64,000 bases of DNA. Source: Octopus vulgaris (Eukaryota). Made by a program: the position numbers and the translations under genes. Position 1 is the first letter of the stretch. Each line of letters begins with the position of its first letter. The notes under the pieces were generated by a model. That model saw nothing but the letters and a program-made list of their open reading frames with translations. It did not search any database and was not told the origin of the DNA. Shown here piece by piece: positions 13,386-25,756 of the stretch. The DNA lies in NCBI GenBank assembly GCA_951406725.2, contig OX597817.1, positions 38,936,001 through 39,000,000 of the forward strand. The letters are read 5' to 3'.

Positions 13386-14249
13386 TAGAGATGAAGAGAG
13401 GGAGAGTGTACTGTTAGTGGTCAGTCAAGATAAATTGATAGTAGGAATGGGGAGGTGAGAGTGATACAGAGAGAAAGATAAAAGATGTAAAAGATGATAG
13501 GGTAAAGAGTAAAGGAGTGTCAGATAGAAGGAATGGGGGGTGATGGGTGATAGAGAGAGTGAGAGGTATGAGAGTGTAAAGAGTAAAGGAGTGTCAGGTA
13601 TGTAGTGATAGAGCCTAAGTGAGGGGCAGAGAGGGGTAGTAAAATGGTGGAATGAAGAATTTGGGAATATAGGTTAGGTTGGTTAGAGGACAGGTCAATG
13701 CTTAGTAGTAGAAGAAAATATATATGTGAAGATGTATAAGCATGCACATATTAAATATGTATATAGATATTTGTACATATCAACACCTACACATACAACA
13801 CGTACTCATATGTATATGTACATACGTACACCCATATATAGTGTGTCTGTATGTATTATCACCCCTGCATGCACACGTATATATACCTTGCATACATACA
13901 TACTCACACACATACACACACACACGCATATATGTATGCATGCATATACACACAAATATAATTAAATGGTTGTGATATTTGAGTATGAAAGAGAAATTAG
14001 ATAGGGATTAGGAGTTAAAATGTAGATTTATAAGGTTATTGGGATTACCTAAGGGGTATTGTGGAAATATACTGTATGATCATTTAGGCATGGATTTGTG
14101 GTAGAATTTGAATGTGTGAAAAACGCAGTGGTTGCATGTTCTCAGTGCCTCATTATGTTTATTTAGCAGTGTTGTAGTGTATATGTGTCCATGTGTATTT
14201 TGTGTGTGTGCATTTTAAGGGTTACATACTTAGTATTGTTGTTACTGGA

Positions 14250-14324
14250 TTAGTGAAACAATTACGAGAACAGAATCAAGGGATAAGCCCTGCTTTCCCA
14301 GGAATTACGAGGTACGTCAGCTAG
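14250..14324 (+). mobile_element. 3' end of a second Helitron-like family
   Basis: cccaggaattacgaggtacgtcagCTAG|T: a degenerate hairpin followed by the CTAG terminus and T. Confidence 0.4.
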
Positions 14325-14551
14325 TATATACATATAAACAAACATGTATATGTATAGATAGTGAAACTAATAGAAATGAAACTATTAAATTTGAAGCTAT
14401 TAACATATATACAAACATGTATGTACATGCTTATGAATGTGTATGTATGTGTGTGTATGTATATATATATGTGTGTATATGTATATATATGTGTGTATGT
14501 GTATATATATATATGCGTGTGTGTGTATGTATGCATATATATATATACATA

Positions 14552-14933
14552 CAAGCAAAACGCCCCCCCCCCCTCCAATGGACGGTGCTGAGTTGTCAAA
14601 CATCTAAACCAAATTTTCTCAAAACAACTTGTCCAACTGACCCATAGGCCTCCCCTTTGAGGAAAACTGATTTAACCTAAATTTGAGGCACCAGCAATAG
14701 AAGAAATAAAGATAGACTTTTTTCTATTCCAAAGAAAAACAATTTCCCATGGCTTTATCGATCGCATTCTCACCTGGAATCAAGTTTTGTAATTTTTTCA
14801 AGACTTATACATGCCCTAATACCTTCGGTATTTACATATCAAATTTCAGTGCAATCGGATGGAGGATGCCCAAGATCCTAGAAGCCACACACACACACAC
14901 ACACAGACAGACACAACGGATTTTATATAATAT
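14552..14933 (-). mobile_element. Non-autonomous Helitron-like element, inverted copy of 12639-13187
   Basis: Reverse complement matches 12640-12815 over ~180 bp and matches the 3' end (cagcaccgtccattgga...ttttgcttgt). Confidence 0.7.
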
Positions 14934-14943
14934 ATATATATAT

Positions 14944-15381
14944 ATTTATATTATTTTTAATATATATCAAAATTATTAAAAAAAGATAATTAGTATAACA
15001 CTACGATCGTTTCATGGCTGTCCGATTCGTAAAAATTCTATTTACAGTCATTCTTCAGGTGATTGAAATATTTAACTTGGCGAGGTTTAAGTTAAATATT
15101 TCAATCACCTGAAGAATGACTGTAAATCGAATTTTTACGAATTGGACAGCCATAAAACGATCATAGTGTTATACTAATTATCTTTTTTTAATAATTTTGA
15201 TATATATTAAAAATAATATAAATTAATTAATCTTATGTATTGGCTTAAGTTTTTCATTGTATGATTTGCCTAATAGTGGTTTTATCTCTAATTTAATATA
15301 ATATAATATTTTACTATAAAATTGGATTCAATCCTAAATCTGATTTTTCCCTGTAAGTTTTGGATTTATTCCCTAATATTT

Positions 15382-15385
<4 letters not shown>
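14944..15385. mobile_element. Penelope-like terminal repeat with inverted 5' segment (135-bp arms, 10-nt loop)
   Basis: 14944-15078 is the near-perfect reverse complement of 15089-15223. Each arm holds a hammerhead motif. Flanked by (TA)n. Confidence 0.7.
14999..15061 (-). ncRNA. Minimal type I hammerhead ribozyme motif
   Basis: Minus strand: cac-CUGAAGA-augacugu...acagccau-GAAA-CGAUC-GUA^gug. Both core boxes intact, stem II present, palindromic stem III (ACGAUCGU). Confidence 0.75.
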
Positions 15386-15436
<51 letters not shown>

Positions 15437-15437
<1 letters not shown>

Positions 15438-17046
15438 CATCATCATCATCATCGTTTTACGTCCGCTTTCCATGCTAGCATGGGTTAGATGATTTGACTG
15501 ACGCCTGGCAAACCAGATGGCTGAAGCAGGTAATGATCACACTTGAATGGTGCTTTTTACGTGTCACCGGCACGGAAGCCAGTTTGTTGCTCTGGCAATG
15601 ATCATGCTCAGATGGTACTCTTAGTGCTCCACTAGCACAGATGCCAGCCATCGAATTTGATTTCGATTTCAATTTCACTTGCCTCAACAGGTCTTCACAA
15701 GCAGAGTTTAGTGTCCAATGAAGGAAAGGTATGCATAAGTAAGTTGGTTACACCCCTGGCATAGGCCATGAGGTTATGGTCTCACTTGGCTTGCCAAGTC
15801 TTCTCAAGCATAGCATATTTCCAAAGGTCCCAGTCACTAGTCATTGCCTCGGTGAGGCCCAATGTTTGAAGGTCATTCTTCACCACTTCATGCCAGGTTT
15901 TCCTGGGTCTACCTCTTCCACAGGTTCCCTCAACTGCTAGGGTGTGACACTTTTTCACACAGCTATCCACATCCATTCTCGCCACATGGCCATACCAGCA
16001 CAGTTGTCTCTCTTGCACACCACATCTGATGCCTCTTAAATCCAACTTTTCTTTCAGAGTGTTTACACTCTGTCATGTATGCACACTGACATTACACACC
16101 CATCAGAGCATACTGGCTTCATTACTTGTGAGCTTATGCATGTCCTCAGCAGTCACAGCCCATGTTTCACTGTCATGTAGCATGGCTATTCATACACATG
16201 AGTCATACAGTCTACCTTTTACTCTGAGCGAGAAGCCCTTTGTCACCAGCAGAGATAAGAGCTCTCTGAACTTTGCCCAGGCTATTCTTATTCTAGCAGC
16301 TACACTTTCAGTGCACCCTCCCCCACTACTGACTAGGTAACGGAAGATATCAACTACTTCTAGTTTTTCTCCCTGGAATGTGGCAGAAGTTGTTCTTTGC
16401 ACATTTTCAGTGTTTATTGTTACTGAGCATCTGCCACAGAAAAAACAAAAAACTATCTTCCCAGTTAGCCTTCCTTTGATATTGCTGCACCTCTTATGTG
16501 TCTATAGCTTACACTGGGTACATTTTATGGAGTTTCTACCTACGCCTTTTCTACAGATCGAGCAAGGCCAACTACCTGAAGGGATTTGTGGTTTGCCAGC
16601 CTTCCTATTTATTAGGACTTTGGTTTTAGCTAGGTTAACTCTAAGGCCCTTCGATTCTAATCCTTGTTTCCACACTTGAAACTTCTCCTCCAATTCTGAT
16701 AGTGACTCAGCAATTACAGCAAGGTTGTCAGCATAGAAGAGCTCCCAGGGGCATCCTGTCTTGAATTCCTCTGTTATTGCCTGGAGGACTATGATAAAGA
16801 GGAGGGGGCTAAGGACTGAGCCTTGGTGGACCCCTACCGCTACCCGGAATTCTTCACTGAACTTGTTGCCAACCCTCACCTTACAGATAGTGTCCCTGTA
16901 CATGGCTTGCACAGCTCTCACTAACCATTCATCTATCCCTAGTTTCCTCATTGACCACCAGATAAGGGATCGGGGGACCCTGTCGAAGGCTTTCTCCATG
17001 TCAACGAAAGCCAGGTACAGAGGTTTATCTTTGGCTAAGTATTTCA
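15437..17046 (-). mobile_element. 5'-truncated RTE-clade LINE (PHD-finger family)
   Basis: ORF 16502-17065 has AFVDMEKAFDRVPR, GVHQGSVLSP, FYADN and CSIC..CTQC; ORF 15782-16045 has WYGHVARM..RGRPRKTW. (GAT)n tail runs into (TA)n. Confidence 0.92.
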
Positions 17047-17099
17047 TATACATATGGAAAATCATTTTAAAATCTAAAGATTCAGCTGTAAGAACTTAC

Positions 17100-17620
17100 T
17101 GATCAATGTACAGTTTCTGTGGACAACTGGAGTAAACAGGAGAAAGCTGAGAATTAAGCCTTGATTAACTTTTACCTGCCCCATAAATTCTATTCTGAAC
17201 TCATTACTCTCTACTTGCAGACTGCACCTCTGTACATAGCATGCATTGCCCTCTATTACTATTTACATACCCTTAGTTTTCTTAAAGACCACCAGATTAC
17301 AGAGTGTGAAAACTTGTCAAACGCCTTTTCCAGGTCAATGACTGCTAGATATTGCAAATTACTCCTAGATAAATATTTCTCCAGCAGTATTTCCACTAGG
17401 AAGAAAGCATCTGTAGCATGTCCTCATAAACTAAAAGTTGAGCTGAGTCTCACTTAAGCTAATTCTCTTCCTAATCAGTTGTGCTAAGTCTTTCAAAAAC
17501 TTCATTCATCAACTTGGTGTCTTTATAACTGCATCTTTCTTGTAGCAGTTGATGACCACATTGTCGGTCATGGAATGACACCACCCTGTACTACTTTATT
17601 GACTATGTAGTCAATCAGGA
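17100..17620 (-). mobile_element. Older, highly decayed RTE fragment
   Basis: Plus-strand gaccaccagat..ttgtcaaacgccttttccaggtcaat..aaatatttctccagc parallels the RT region of the adjacent RTE copies. Confidence 0.6.
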
Positions 17621-18890
17621 GAAATAGATGTACTGTGTGTGTGTGTGTGTGAGCGTTTGAAGCTTCTCATGTACTTGGCTCTTGCAGCGCATGAACCTCA
17701 TTATAACAAGTGGTAATGCTGTATTTTGAGTTAAAAGCCCTGTATTTCGTGCAGCAATATATAATTGATGGGGTGTACATACCTTTTTTCCCCTTTCTTT
17801 TATTTATCTATTTTTTAAACCGTAATTGTTGCTTTACTTTGCTAAATTGTATTCTTGAGAAGTTCATTAGTTTTTGTGTGTGTGTGTATCTTTTATACTG
17901 TCTACAATAATGTGTGTGTGTGTAAAAGAGATAGATACGTTGCTGTTGTGAGAAGGTTATTCCTGAGCTAGATTCGATTCCTGTTTAAACTACGCCAGTT
18001 ATCAATGTCCTTAGTACTTTCGAGAATGTCATGAACGCCTTATCTCCTTATTTCTACATCTACAATAAATTTGAAATCTTAAAAAAAATCTATTAAAAAA
18101 AAATCATTTGTGTAAATATTATCATACAGAAAAAAACGAATAAGGTTTCAATCCTTAATAGGAATGGTTATAGTTACATCGATAACGTTCTTAAGAAAGA
18201 TAAACAATACGAGTTCCGCTTTCTCTTTTTCTCTCAACGGATCACATCCGGCTGGTTTGCTTGCTTCACGAAAAGCAAAATATGAGAATTGCTATCTCTC
18301 TCCCTCTCACTCTGGCATGAAACTAACTAACTAAATAGAAAGTTGTTTACTTAGTTTGTCCAATTTAACTTAAAAACGTAATTTTCTATTGTAGCTTTAA
18401 TAAGCTTTATGAATCACGACACCCAGCTGACTTTGACCAAAAACATTTTCTTAAACTTATCAGCTGCTTAAACAAAACAAAATATAACAAAGACTACTTG
18501 GAAATTGTAAGCTACAAATTAAGATAGTCTATATCTATAAAATACTCGATAAATAGTTGATTATGACAGAGAAATAATAATAATGGTTGTGATCATTATT
18601 AATTTAATGTAAAAAAAAAAAGTTAATAACTTTTTTGACGAAACTACCACTGCAGGGGGAGTGTCTCCGTTACTTGTTTTCAGCAACGTGGTTTATTCGC
18701 AGAAGCTCCTTTGAATTCTTTATAAAATATGCTGTTTCTTCACTCGTGAACTTGTTTTCGTGAGTACCATCATTTGTATGTATATGTAAGAACATAATTA
18801 AAGAAAAACAAACAAGCAAAAAGTAAGGCAGCTCATAAATAAACATACTTTTCGAATGCTAGATATTTTTTGTTTGACTCGCATTTCGAA

Positions 18891-20261
18891 ATGGACAACG
18901 ATGAACGAGCTGAAGAACTAGTTGCTATAAGCAGCATCTATGAAGAGGATATATTTCTACCTTCACTTGATGACTACGGTGGTCAGTTTGTTGCCAAATT
19001 GAAGCTACCTCAACCGTTCAGTGTCAAAATACAAAGCAGCGATAGTGATTCGGCATCGGCTAATATCACCGAAAAACTCAATCATATCAAACACTTGCCG
19101 CCTCTTGTTCTCAACTTTCAACTTCCTACAGGTTATCCTTCTCACCATGCACCTATCTTCACACTTTCCTGCAAGTGGCTTTCTAAGAGCCAACTCGATG
19201 TATTATGTAAGCGGCTTGACCAAGTCTATCAGGAAAATAATGGCATGGTAGTGTTATTTCTTTGGTTTGACGTTCTTGAAAATGAAACGTTCGATTTGCT
19301 CGGGTTAAAAGTTCCCTTAGATCTATCAAGCGTGGTAAGTAATTCGGTAGGTACTAAACATAGCGAAGATACAGACAGTCAGTTCGATCCTCGCGGAATA
19401 CAAGACATAGCTTCTCAGGATTTATTGTTACCAACTATTCTTGATTACAACAACCAGGAAAATCAGAGACAATTTTCAAAAACTTTGTTTACTTGCAACA
19501 TTTGCTTCTGTGATAAACTAGGTTCAAAGTGTATTAAGCTTGATGGCTGCGAACATGTTTTCTGCAAAGACTGTATGAAAGAATATTTTACTATCAATAT
19601 AAAAGACGGAAATATTAATGGATTACAATGCCCAACGGACAAATGTGAATCTAAAATTCATCCATCTCAAGTTAAGTCACTTGTGGACCCCGATGTCTTC
19701 TCCAGATATGACTACCTACTCTTACAGTTAGGTCTTCAGACAATGACAGACTTAGTATACTGCCCTCGTCCAGCTTGTGGTCAGCCTGTCATTTTAGACC
19801 GTGGTTGTAATATAGGCAATTGCCCCAGTTGCAACCTGGTATTTTGTAGTCTCTGTAGGTTAACATACCATGGTTTATCTAACTGTAAAATGAAATCTGA
19901 GGATCGACAGAAGTTGAAAGATGAATATTTGAATGCTGATGCTGAAAACAAGCATATTTTGGAAAAACGTTTTGGCAAAAAACATTTACAGGATATTGTT
20001 GATGAGTCTTTCTCACAAGAATGGCTTGAGCAACACAGCAAGCAATGCCCTCATTGTAACACTCACATCCAGAAAATAGATGGTTGCAACAAGATGGTTT
20101 GCTCCAAATGCAATGCATTCTTTTGTTGGTTGTGCATGGAAACATTACCGAGGAATTCGCCTTACATACATTTCAGTTCGAGTGCCAGTCCATGCTTTAA
20201 CCGGCTTTTTGAAGGAGTTGATATCGATGATGATTTCCACGATGTCGATTTTTTTCTGTGA
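18891..20261 (+). CDS. RNF14: E3 ubiquitin ligase RNF14 (ARA54) homolog, 456 aa, single coding exon
   Basis: N-terminal RWD domain (EELVAISSIY, HLPPLVLNFQLPTGYPS, LSCKWL), RING1 (CNIC..CEHVFCKDC..CPTDKC), IBR (YCPRPAC..CPSC..FCSLC..YH) and RING2 (CPHC..IQKIDGCNKMVC..C..FCWLC) including the catalytic Cys. ATG 18891, TGA 20259-20261. Confidence 0.93.
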   Translation: MDNDERAEELVAISSIYEEDIFLPSLDDYGGQFVAKLKLPQPFSVKIQSSDSDSASANITEKLNHIKHLPPLVLNFQLPTGYPSHHAPIFTLSCKWLSKSQLDVLCKRLDQVYQENNGMVVLFLWFDVLENETFDLLGLKVPLDLSSVVSNSVGTKHSEDTDSQFDPRGIQDIASQDLLLPTILDYNNQENQRQFSKTLFTCNICFCDKLGSKCIKLDGCEHVFCKDCMKEYFTINIKDGNINGLQCPTDKCESKIHPSQVKSLVDPDVFSRYDYLLLQLGLQTMTDLVYCPRPACGQPVILDRGCNIGNCPSCNLVFCSLCRLTYHGLSNCKMKSEDRQKLKDEYLNADAENKHILEKRFGKKHLQDIVDESFSQEWLEQHSKQCPHCNTHIQKIDGCNKMVCSKCNAFFCWLCMETLPRNSPYIHFSSSASPCFNRLFEGVDIDDDFHDVDFFL

Positions 20262-21829
20262 TAAGTTACTAAAGAAAAAGAAGAAATCAGAAAAAGAGGT
20301 TTTATTATATAAAAGTTTTGTTGATTTTGAAGTGATTATTATTGTTTTTAGTTAGTGGGTGGGAATATACAATAGAGATTAACTTTCAAGGAGTCAGTCT
20401 TGTGTACTGGTTTCGATTCTATGTCGAAATAATATCACTTGTTGTATGTCACCAATACCATTATTAGTATTGTATTTCATTTTTGAAATGAAGAAGAAAT
20501 ATGTGTGTGAGGGAGAACCATCATTTGATTTGGTTTCTTAAGGTTTGTAAAAGCTTGGTTCATCTCACTTGAAACCTCATTAAAAGGAGAATGAAGACAA
20601 GGATAAGACAAAATTATTACAAGGTCTTTAGTATATCAAAAGAAAACATTGGTCCATTTTATTTATGACATAGGTTATATTTCTTTTTAAGATGGATTTA
20701 CACTAACATGTGAAAGGTAAAAGTAAAGCCTTCGCAACTGTAAATGATATTAAATATTAAAAACACGAATTTGAAAAAGAAAAAAAAGCAACAGATCCAC
20801 TGATATAAAAGTAGGGTTTATAATGTCTAATATCATTTACATTAATGTCTTAGCAGTTAATATATCCTTAACATATGTGCTTGTGGTTGAAGTTGTTTCA
20901 CTTCAAATCCTTAATGCCTTGAGAAATGTCCTGCATGTCACACAATCAGAATTGTAGGATGAAGCAACCACTGTGCACATACAAACACATCCTAGAGTGC
21001 GAGCCTTTACTCAACATTGCTTTTCACACATCATGACCCACACTCAAGCTGTGTTCACTCTACCTCTTGTACCCTCTCAACAATCTTTTTTGAAGTTTTC
21101 ATTCTTATCTTGACTTATTTAATTTAACTACTTCCCTTCTAATCATCATCCAGATTCTGTACTGAATATCTTCCACAAATCCTATCCCACAGTTGCACCA
21201 CCCTAGAATCTACCTATTTGCTATTTATATTTTTATCTCCAAACTAAGTAACCTGCTACAATTCAAACTGTCAACCTTATGTGCACATATACCTGCATAC
21301 TGGTTCAAGAAAGTCTTATATGCATGTCTTTTATCTCTTCTCTCTCTCTATATATGTATATGTTTTTGTGACTATATATGCTTGTGTGTGTGTGTATATA
21401 TATATATAACAATGATTTTAGCACTTTGCTGACTGTATTACTCCCTCCAGCAATATTAAGTTGCATTGATGGTATCATGGAATGTATGGATCCATTGGAC
21501 CCACATCAGAGCATGTTTTTACTTTTTCTGATATATATGAAGTTACCACAGTAAACTAAGGAAATCTGCTACTACCCTAGTCATGTAGTGTGTATTTCAT
21601 TCTGTCACTGGCTGGGGATGATCTTTCAGGTACATGTCCCTTCTATGATGAGACATTCTCTGCTTCCCTCTACAAATCATCAATCACTGTTTTATTATCC
21701 TTTCTCAATCCAATGCCAGTGAGGTGGAACATTGTGGATCTAACTCCAAATCCATAACAGTCTACTGCAAGTACTGTGCACTATTATTCTTGCACATCAT
21801 ATACACTATCATCTTCAGCTGTTGGGTCT

Positions 21830-22122
21830 CACAGAAGTGTTGACGAATGATCATGACTTTTGGTGATTTGCTGTGCTTGCGAACCAAGTGAAATCATAGT
21901 CGTGGTCAGTGCCAGTGACACATAAAAAGCACTCACTACACTTTTGGAATGGTTGGCATTAGGAAGAGCATCCAGCTGTAGAAATCAAAGCATATCAGAC
22001 TGGAGCCTGGAACTGGAACTGTACCAGTAAAACCATCTGACCCATGCCAGCTTACCAGTAAAACCATCTAACCCATGCCAGCATGGAAAACGGAGGCTAA
22101 TTGATGTTGATGATGATGATGA
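21830..22122 (+). mobile_element. RTE 3'UTR-derived short copy (SINE-like or truncated LINE)
   Basis: tggttggcattaggaagagcatccagctgtagaaa...acccatgccagcatggaaaacgga...(gat)n, with an internal ~30-bp tandem duplication. Confidence 0.8.
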
Positions 22123-24229
22123 TACTAGAAATACTTACTTTTGTAAGTCCAGTCCATATTGCCTTCTTGTGACACACTCAACTTGGCAAAAGGACACCTC
22201 TTTTTTTTCAAATATGACCACTCCATGAAATCTGGGTGTTGTTTGGTTTTTAGAATGAGACCACAAGTGCCTCAACAAATCCATCTACACCTTCATCTTT
22301 TTCACCATTCAAAATTTTGTGTTTTGGCTTTCCTTTCCTCGTGATGTCGTTTGTCGTCTTTCTAGTTGAAAACCACAAAGTGCACTTTGTCAGTTGTACT
22401 CACACTGATTATGCTGCAGTGCTGTTTTAACATATTTGTGAAAATGTTTAGGGCTTAGTTGTGCTGCAATTGTAAGACAATACTTGCGTATTGTCAAAAT
22501 AATTCAAGCAAAATGTGTACCCTCTCCAGTTGTACCACTTCAGTCATGTAAAGTCTATTATGTACTGGCTTCTGAAGGAATTGCAATATGGCTGGCTTCA
22601 GTCTTCACAAGAAGTAATACTTGTTCTGTGGATGACATTTTTTTCTTGGTCATTTGGTCCTTGGGCTCATTGTGTCTTGTCAAACCATCCAACCCATGCC
22701 AGCATGGAACATGGACGTTAAATGATGATGTTGAGTAAATATATATTTTGCATGTGCATCAGATTACTATATATATATAAATTTACATGGGTTCATGGGT
22801 AATGTAATGGTGTAATGGTTATTAGCTGATAAAGTGTGTATAGAGGGAGTTGCACATGGAGAAACTGTCTAGCTGGAACTTGGAAATAATGTGAAGATGG
22901 ACAGTGTAAGAAATTTTTGTTACTGAAGTGACATGTTGCATGCTAACGAGGAGAAACCTCACTGAATCTGAAGAGTAAGATGTACACAGCAGGTACATGA
23001 GTGAGATATAGGAAATGAATAAGAAACAACAAATAAAGCTGGGAAGAATGGAAATGGGAATGATTTGGTGAGAAGAAAACAGAAAATGAATTACAAATAA
23101 TTATTGGAATAGAGTCCATGATGGATAAGGTGAAGAGAAATGGGATGAGTTGGCTGAGGAAGGATGAAGATGACTGGGTGATAGAAGAGATGGAAATGAA
23201 TGTGGGGAAGACAGAAATATATGGCTAAAAATGATAGAGGAGGAAATGAATGCAAGGGTGTAGGTTATGGGGGATGTAGAGTACAGGGGTAAAATGAAAG
23301 AATCTCATGGAGCCTCAAGGCTAACTCCTATTATAATGAAAAATGGCCTTAAAATTTATGTGTGTGTATGTATATATATATATATAAAAGTGGACATAAA
23401 ATGATTGCGTGTGTACGGACAGCTGGAAAACTGCATCTATTGAAAATGTACTGTTATTTATTTTGTAAGCTACACATTTGTGTTATTTTATCAACGAAAT
23501 CATGGTTGCAGAGTAAACTTGTCAACCACACAGCCATGCTATCCCTTTCTCTCGTTGACTGTTATATGCTGTTTCGTTTTGTCCAAGCATACATACTCAC
23601 ATAAAGAGAAAGACAATGTTTTCCTTCTATCATTTTTATAATACTTCTGCTCCTCTGAACAGATAAATCTCTCCTAAAATCCACTCAATGCCCTAATCTA
23701 TCCTCCATTCATTATTTCTACTGTGTCTCACTTTATACAAAGCAGTGTGAAATCTGGAATTTGAGGAACTGGTGATAATTTGTATTAATAACAATTACTC
23801 CATAGCAAAATTTGTGGAAGAGTTCAGTAACTTCATCTGGCATGAGGAGCACAAAATGTGACATTTTGGGCTCTTACTGGTTGATTTTCTGAGAGTAAGG
23901 AAGAGAGAGAAAGTTGGTTGCACAATGCATTTTGCTTAAGATTTCCTATTCAGAATTACAGCCCTTCTGGAACATTCTGATTTTGTTTGTTTGTTTTTGC
24001 AATTGCATTGATTTCACCAGTCTGGTAGGGATTGCACATGTAGTGATAAATACTGCCATCTCTTCCATTGATATTGCTTTGAAGTCATGGTGATGCGGCT
24101 AATGAAACACTGTACTAGATTCATTATTGTATCTACTTTGGTGTCTGACTGTTCTTAGTCCAAGTCTAACTGGGACAGCTTTATTCATCATTCTTCCAGG
24201 ATTGTCAATATAATTAACGTGTAATATAT

Positions 24230-24418
24230 TGGTTTCAAATTTTGGAGAGGGGCAAGTCAATTATTTCAAGCCCAGTACTCTACTGGTACTTATTTTTTTA
24301 TTAACCCTGAATGAATGAAAGACAAAGTTGACCTTGGTGAATTTGAACTCAGAACATAGATGAAATACCCTTAAGCATTTTGCCTGATGTGCTAACAATT
24401 TTGCCAGCTTGCCACCTT
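24230..24418 (-). mobile_element. SINE, family B (ggtgagctggcagaa...gagttcaaat head)
   Basis: Reverse complement of the family copy at 43047-43225. Confidence 0.7.
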
Positions 24419-25560
24419 ATTAACATGTAATATATATTGAGTGTGATTCTGTTGAGCATAGTTCCTCTATACATATTATTGACATTGCAACTTATCAAAA
24501 AAAGAAATTAATGGAATTTTAAAGCCATTGGAATACAAAATGGTTCCAGTTTCAACCGTTTTATTTCTTAATACCATAGACTGTATTTTTCTTTTACATT
24601 TGTGTGTAAAATTTTTATATTGATCTGCTCACTGGATCTTAGTGGAATGTTTTATTTTTTGCCCTTTTAATTAATCAAAGAGAGGGGATACTATAACCCA
24701 TGGTGTTTGTAGTCCCTTTGAAACTGGAAAACTAATAATTCAGCTCCTATGACTTTAGATAAATATCTACATGTGATAAGATGGTTTGGAGAAAGGAATT
24801 CCACAGGATTGTAGTTCTGAGAAGGATTAAGATCTAAAGAGTGATGAGAGGAACAGAGATAGACCCATTTGGGTGAGATTAGCTGGAACTTGTATGCAGT
24901 TTGTTAGGTTAAAGGAGTACAGATTATTGTGGAGCAGGTAGAAAGAAAAGGCAGTATGTTTGAACTAATGTTATTTAGCAATCAACCAAATTACCATTTT
25001 TGAATGTCATCCAGCTTGTTTGTGTGAAAGAGAGAGAGAGTAGCAGAAGCATCATGTTGGTTGAACTTGAGCTTTATAGAATGTCAGTAACTGATCAAAT
25101 GCTGAAGTATTTTCTTGTCCCATAGTCTCATGGTGGTGGTAATTTTCATAAACTAATACTTAATATCAAAACAAGGTGCTTCTGAAATGTGAACAAGACT
25201 TGGGCTACAAAAATATATTCATATTGAAGCTGTTCAGTGTCACAGCTCCATTAACTTATATAATACATTATAACTGAAAGGCTTCAATTTCCAGTAGTCA
25301 GAGTTACTAATTTCTGATCATCAGCTGGTAAACTGAGCCTTTTTTTTTTTTTTTAAGATATCTACTGTCTGAATATTTTTTGAAATATGTAATGAAGAAG
25401 ATGCTTATCCTTATGTTCTGTTTAAAACCCTTTGTGAATGATACATGCAAAAATGACTGCTTCAAGCTCACACTTTTGATTTCATTTCTGATTTTTGTGG
25501 TAATGTTATTACAAACATCTTAAACTCCACACAAAGTCATGAAATTGCATTGCTGTTTAA

Positions 25561-25756
25561 CCCTTTAGCATTTAAACTGTCCATATCAGGCCCAAATATT
25601 CTGTTTTATGTTCAAACCAGTCAGATCTGGTTTCTCACACTTACCCTACATTTTAAAAATTTACAATTATATCATCAAAATCTTCAAGCTATGAGATAAT
25701 ACACGATGTCAATAAATAAGCATTACATTTGTCAGAGTAATCAGAATGCTAGAGGG
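25561..25756. mobile_element. piggyBac-like MITE
   Basis: TTAA|CCCTTTAGCATT...AATGCTAGAGGG|TTAA: terminal inverted repeats starting CCC with a TTAA target duplication. Confidence 0.8.

Noticed and set aside
13726-14647. Several 65-90 aa ORFs rich in Y/I/H/T/V/C
   Set aside because: Translations of (TA)n, (CA)n and (TG)n microsatellites.
18647-18663. CTCF-like motif ccactgcagggggagtg upstream of RNF14
   Set aside because: Several mismatches to the core consensus; not supportable without a matrix score or ChIP data.
18870-18890. ORF-track start for RNF14 at 18870
   Set aside because: It is a TTG start; the first ATG at 18891 has a purine at -3 and begins the RWD domain.
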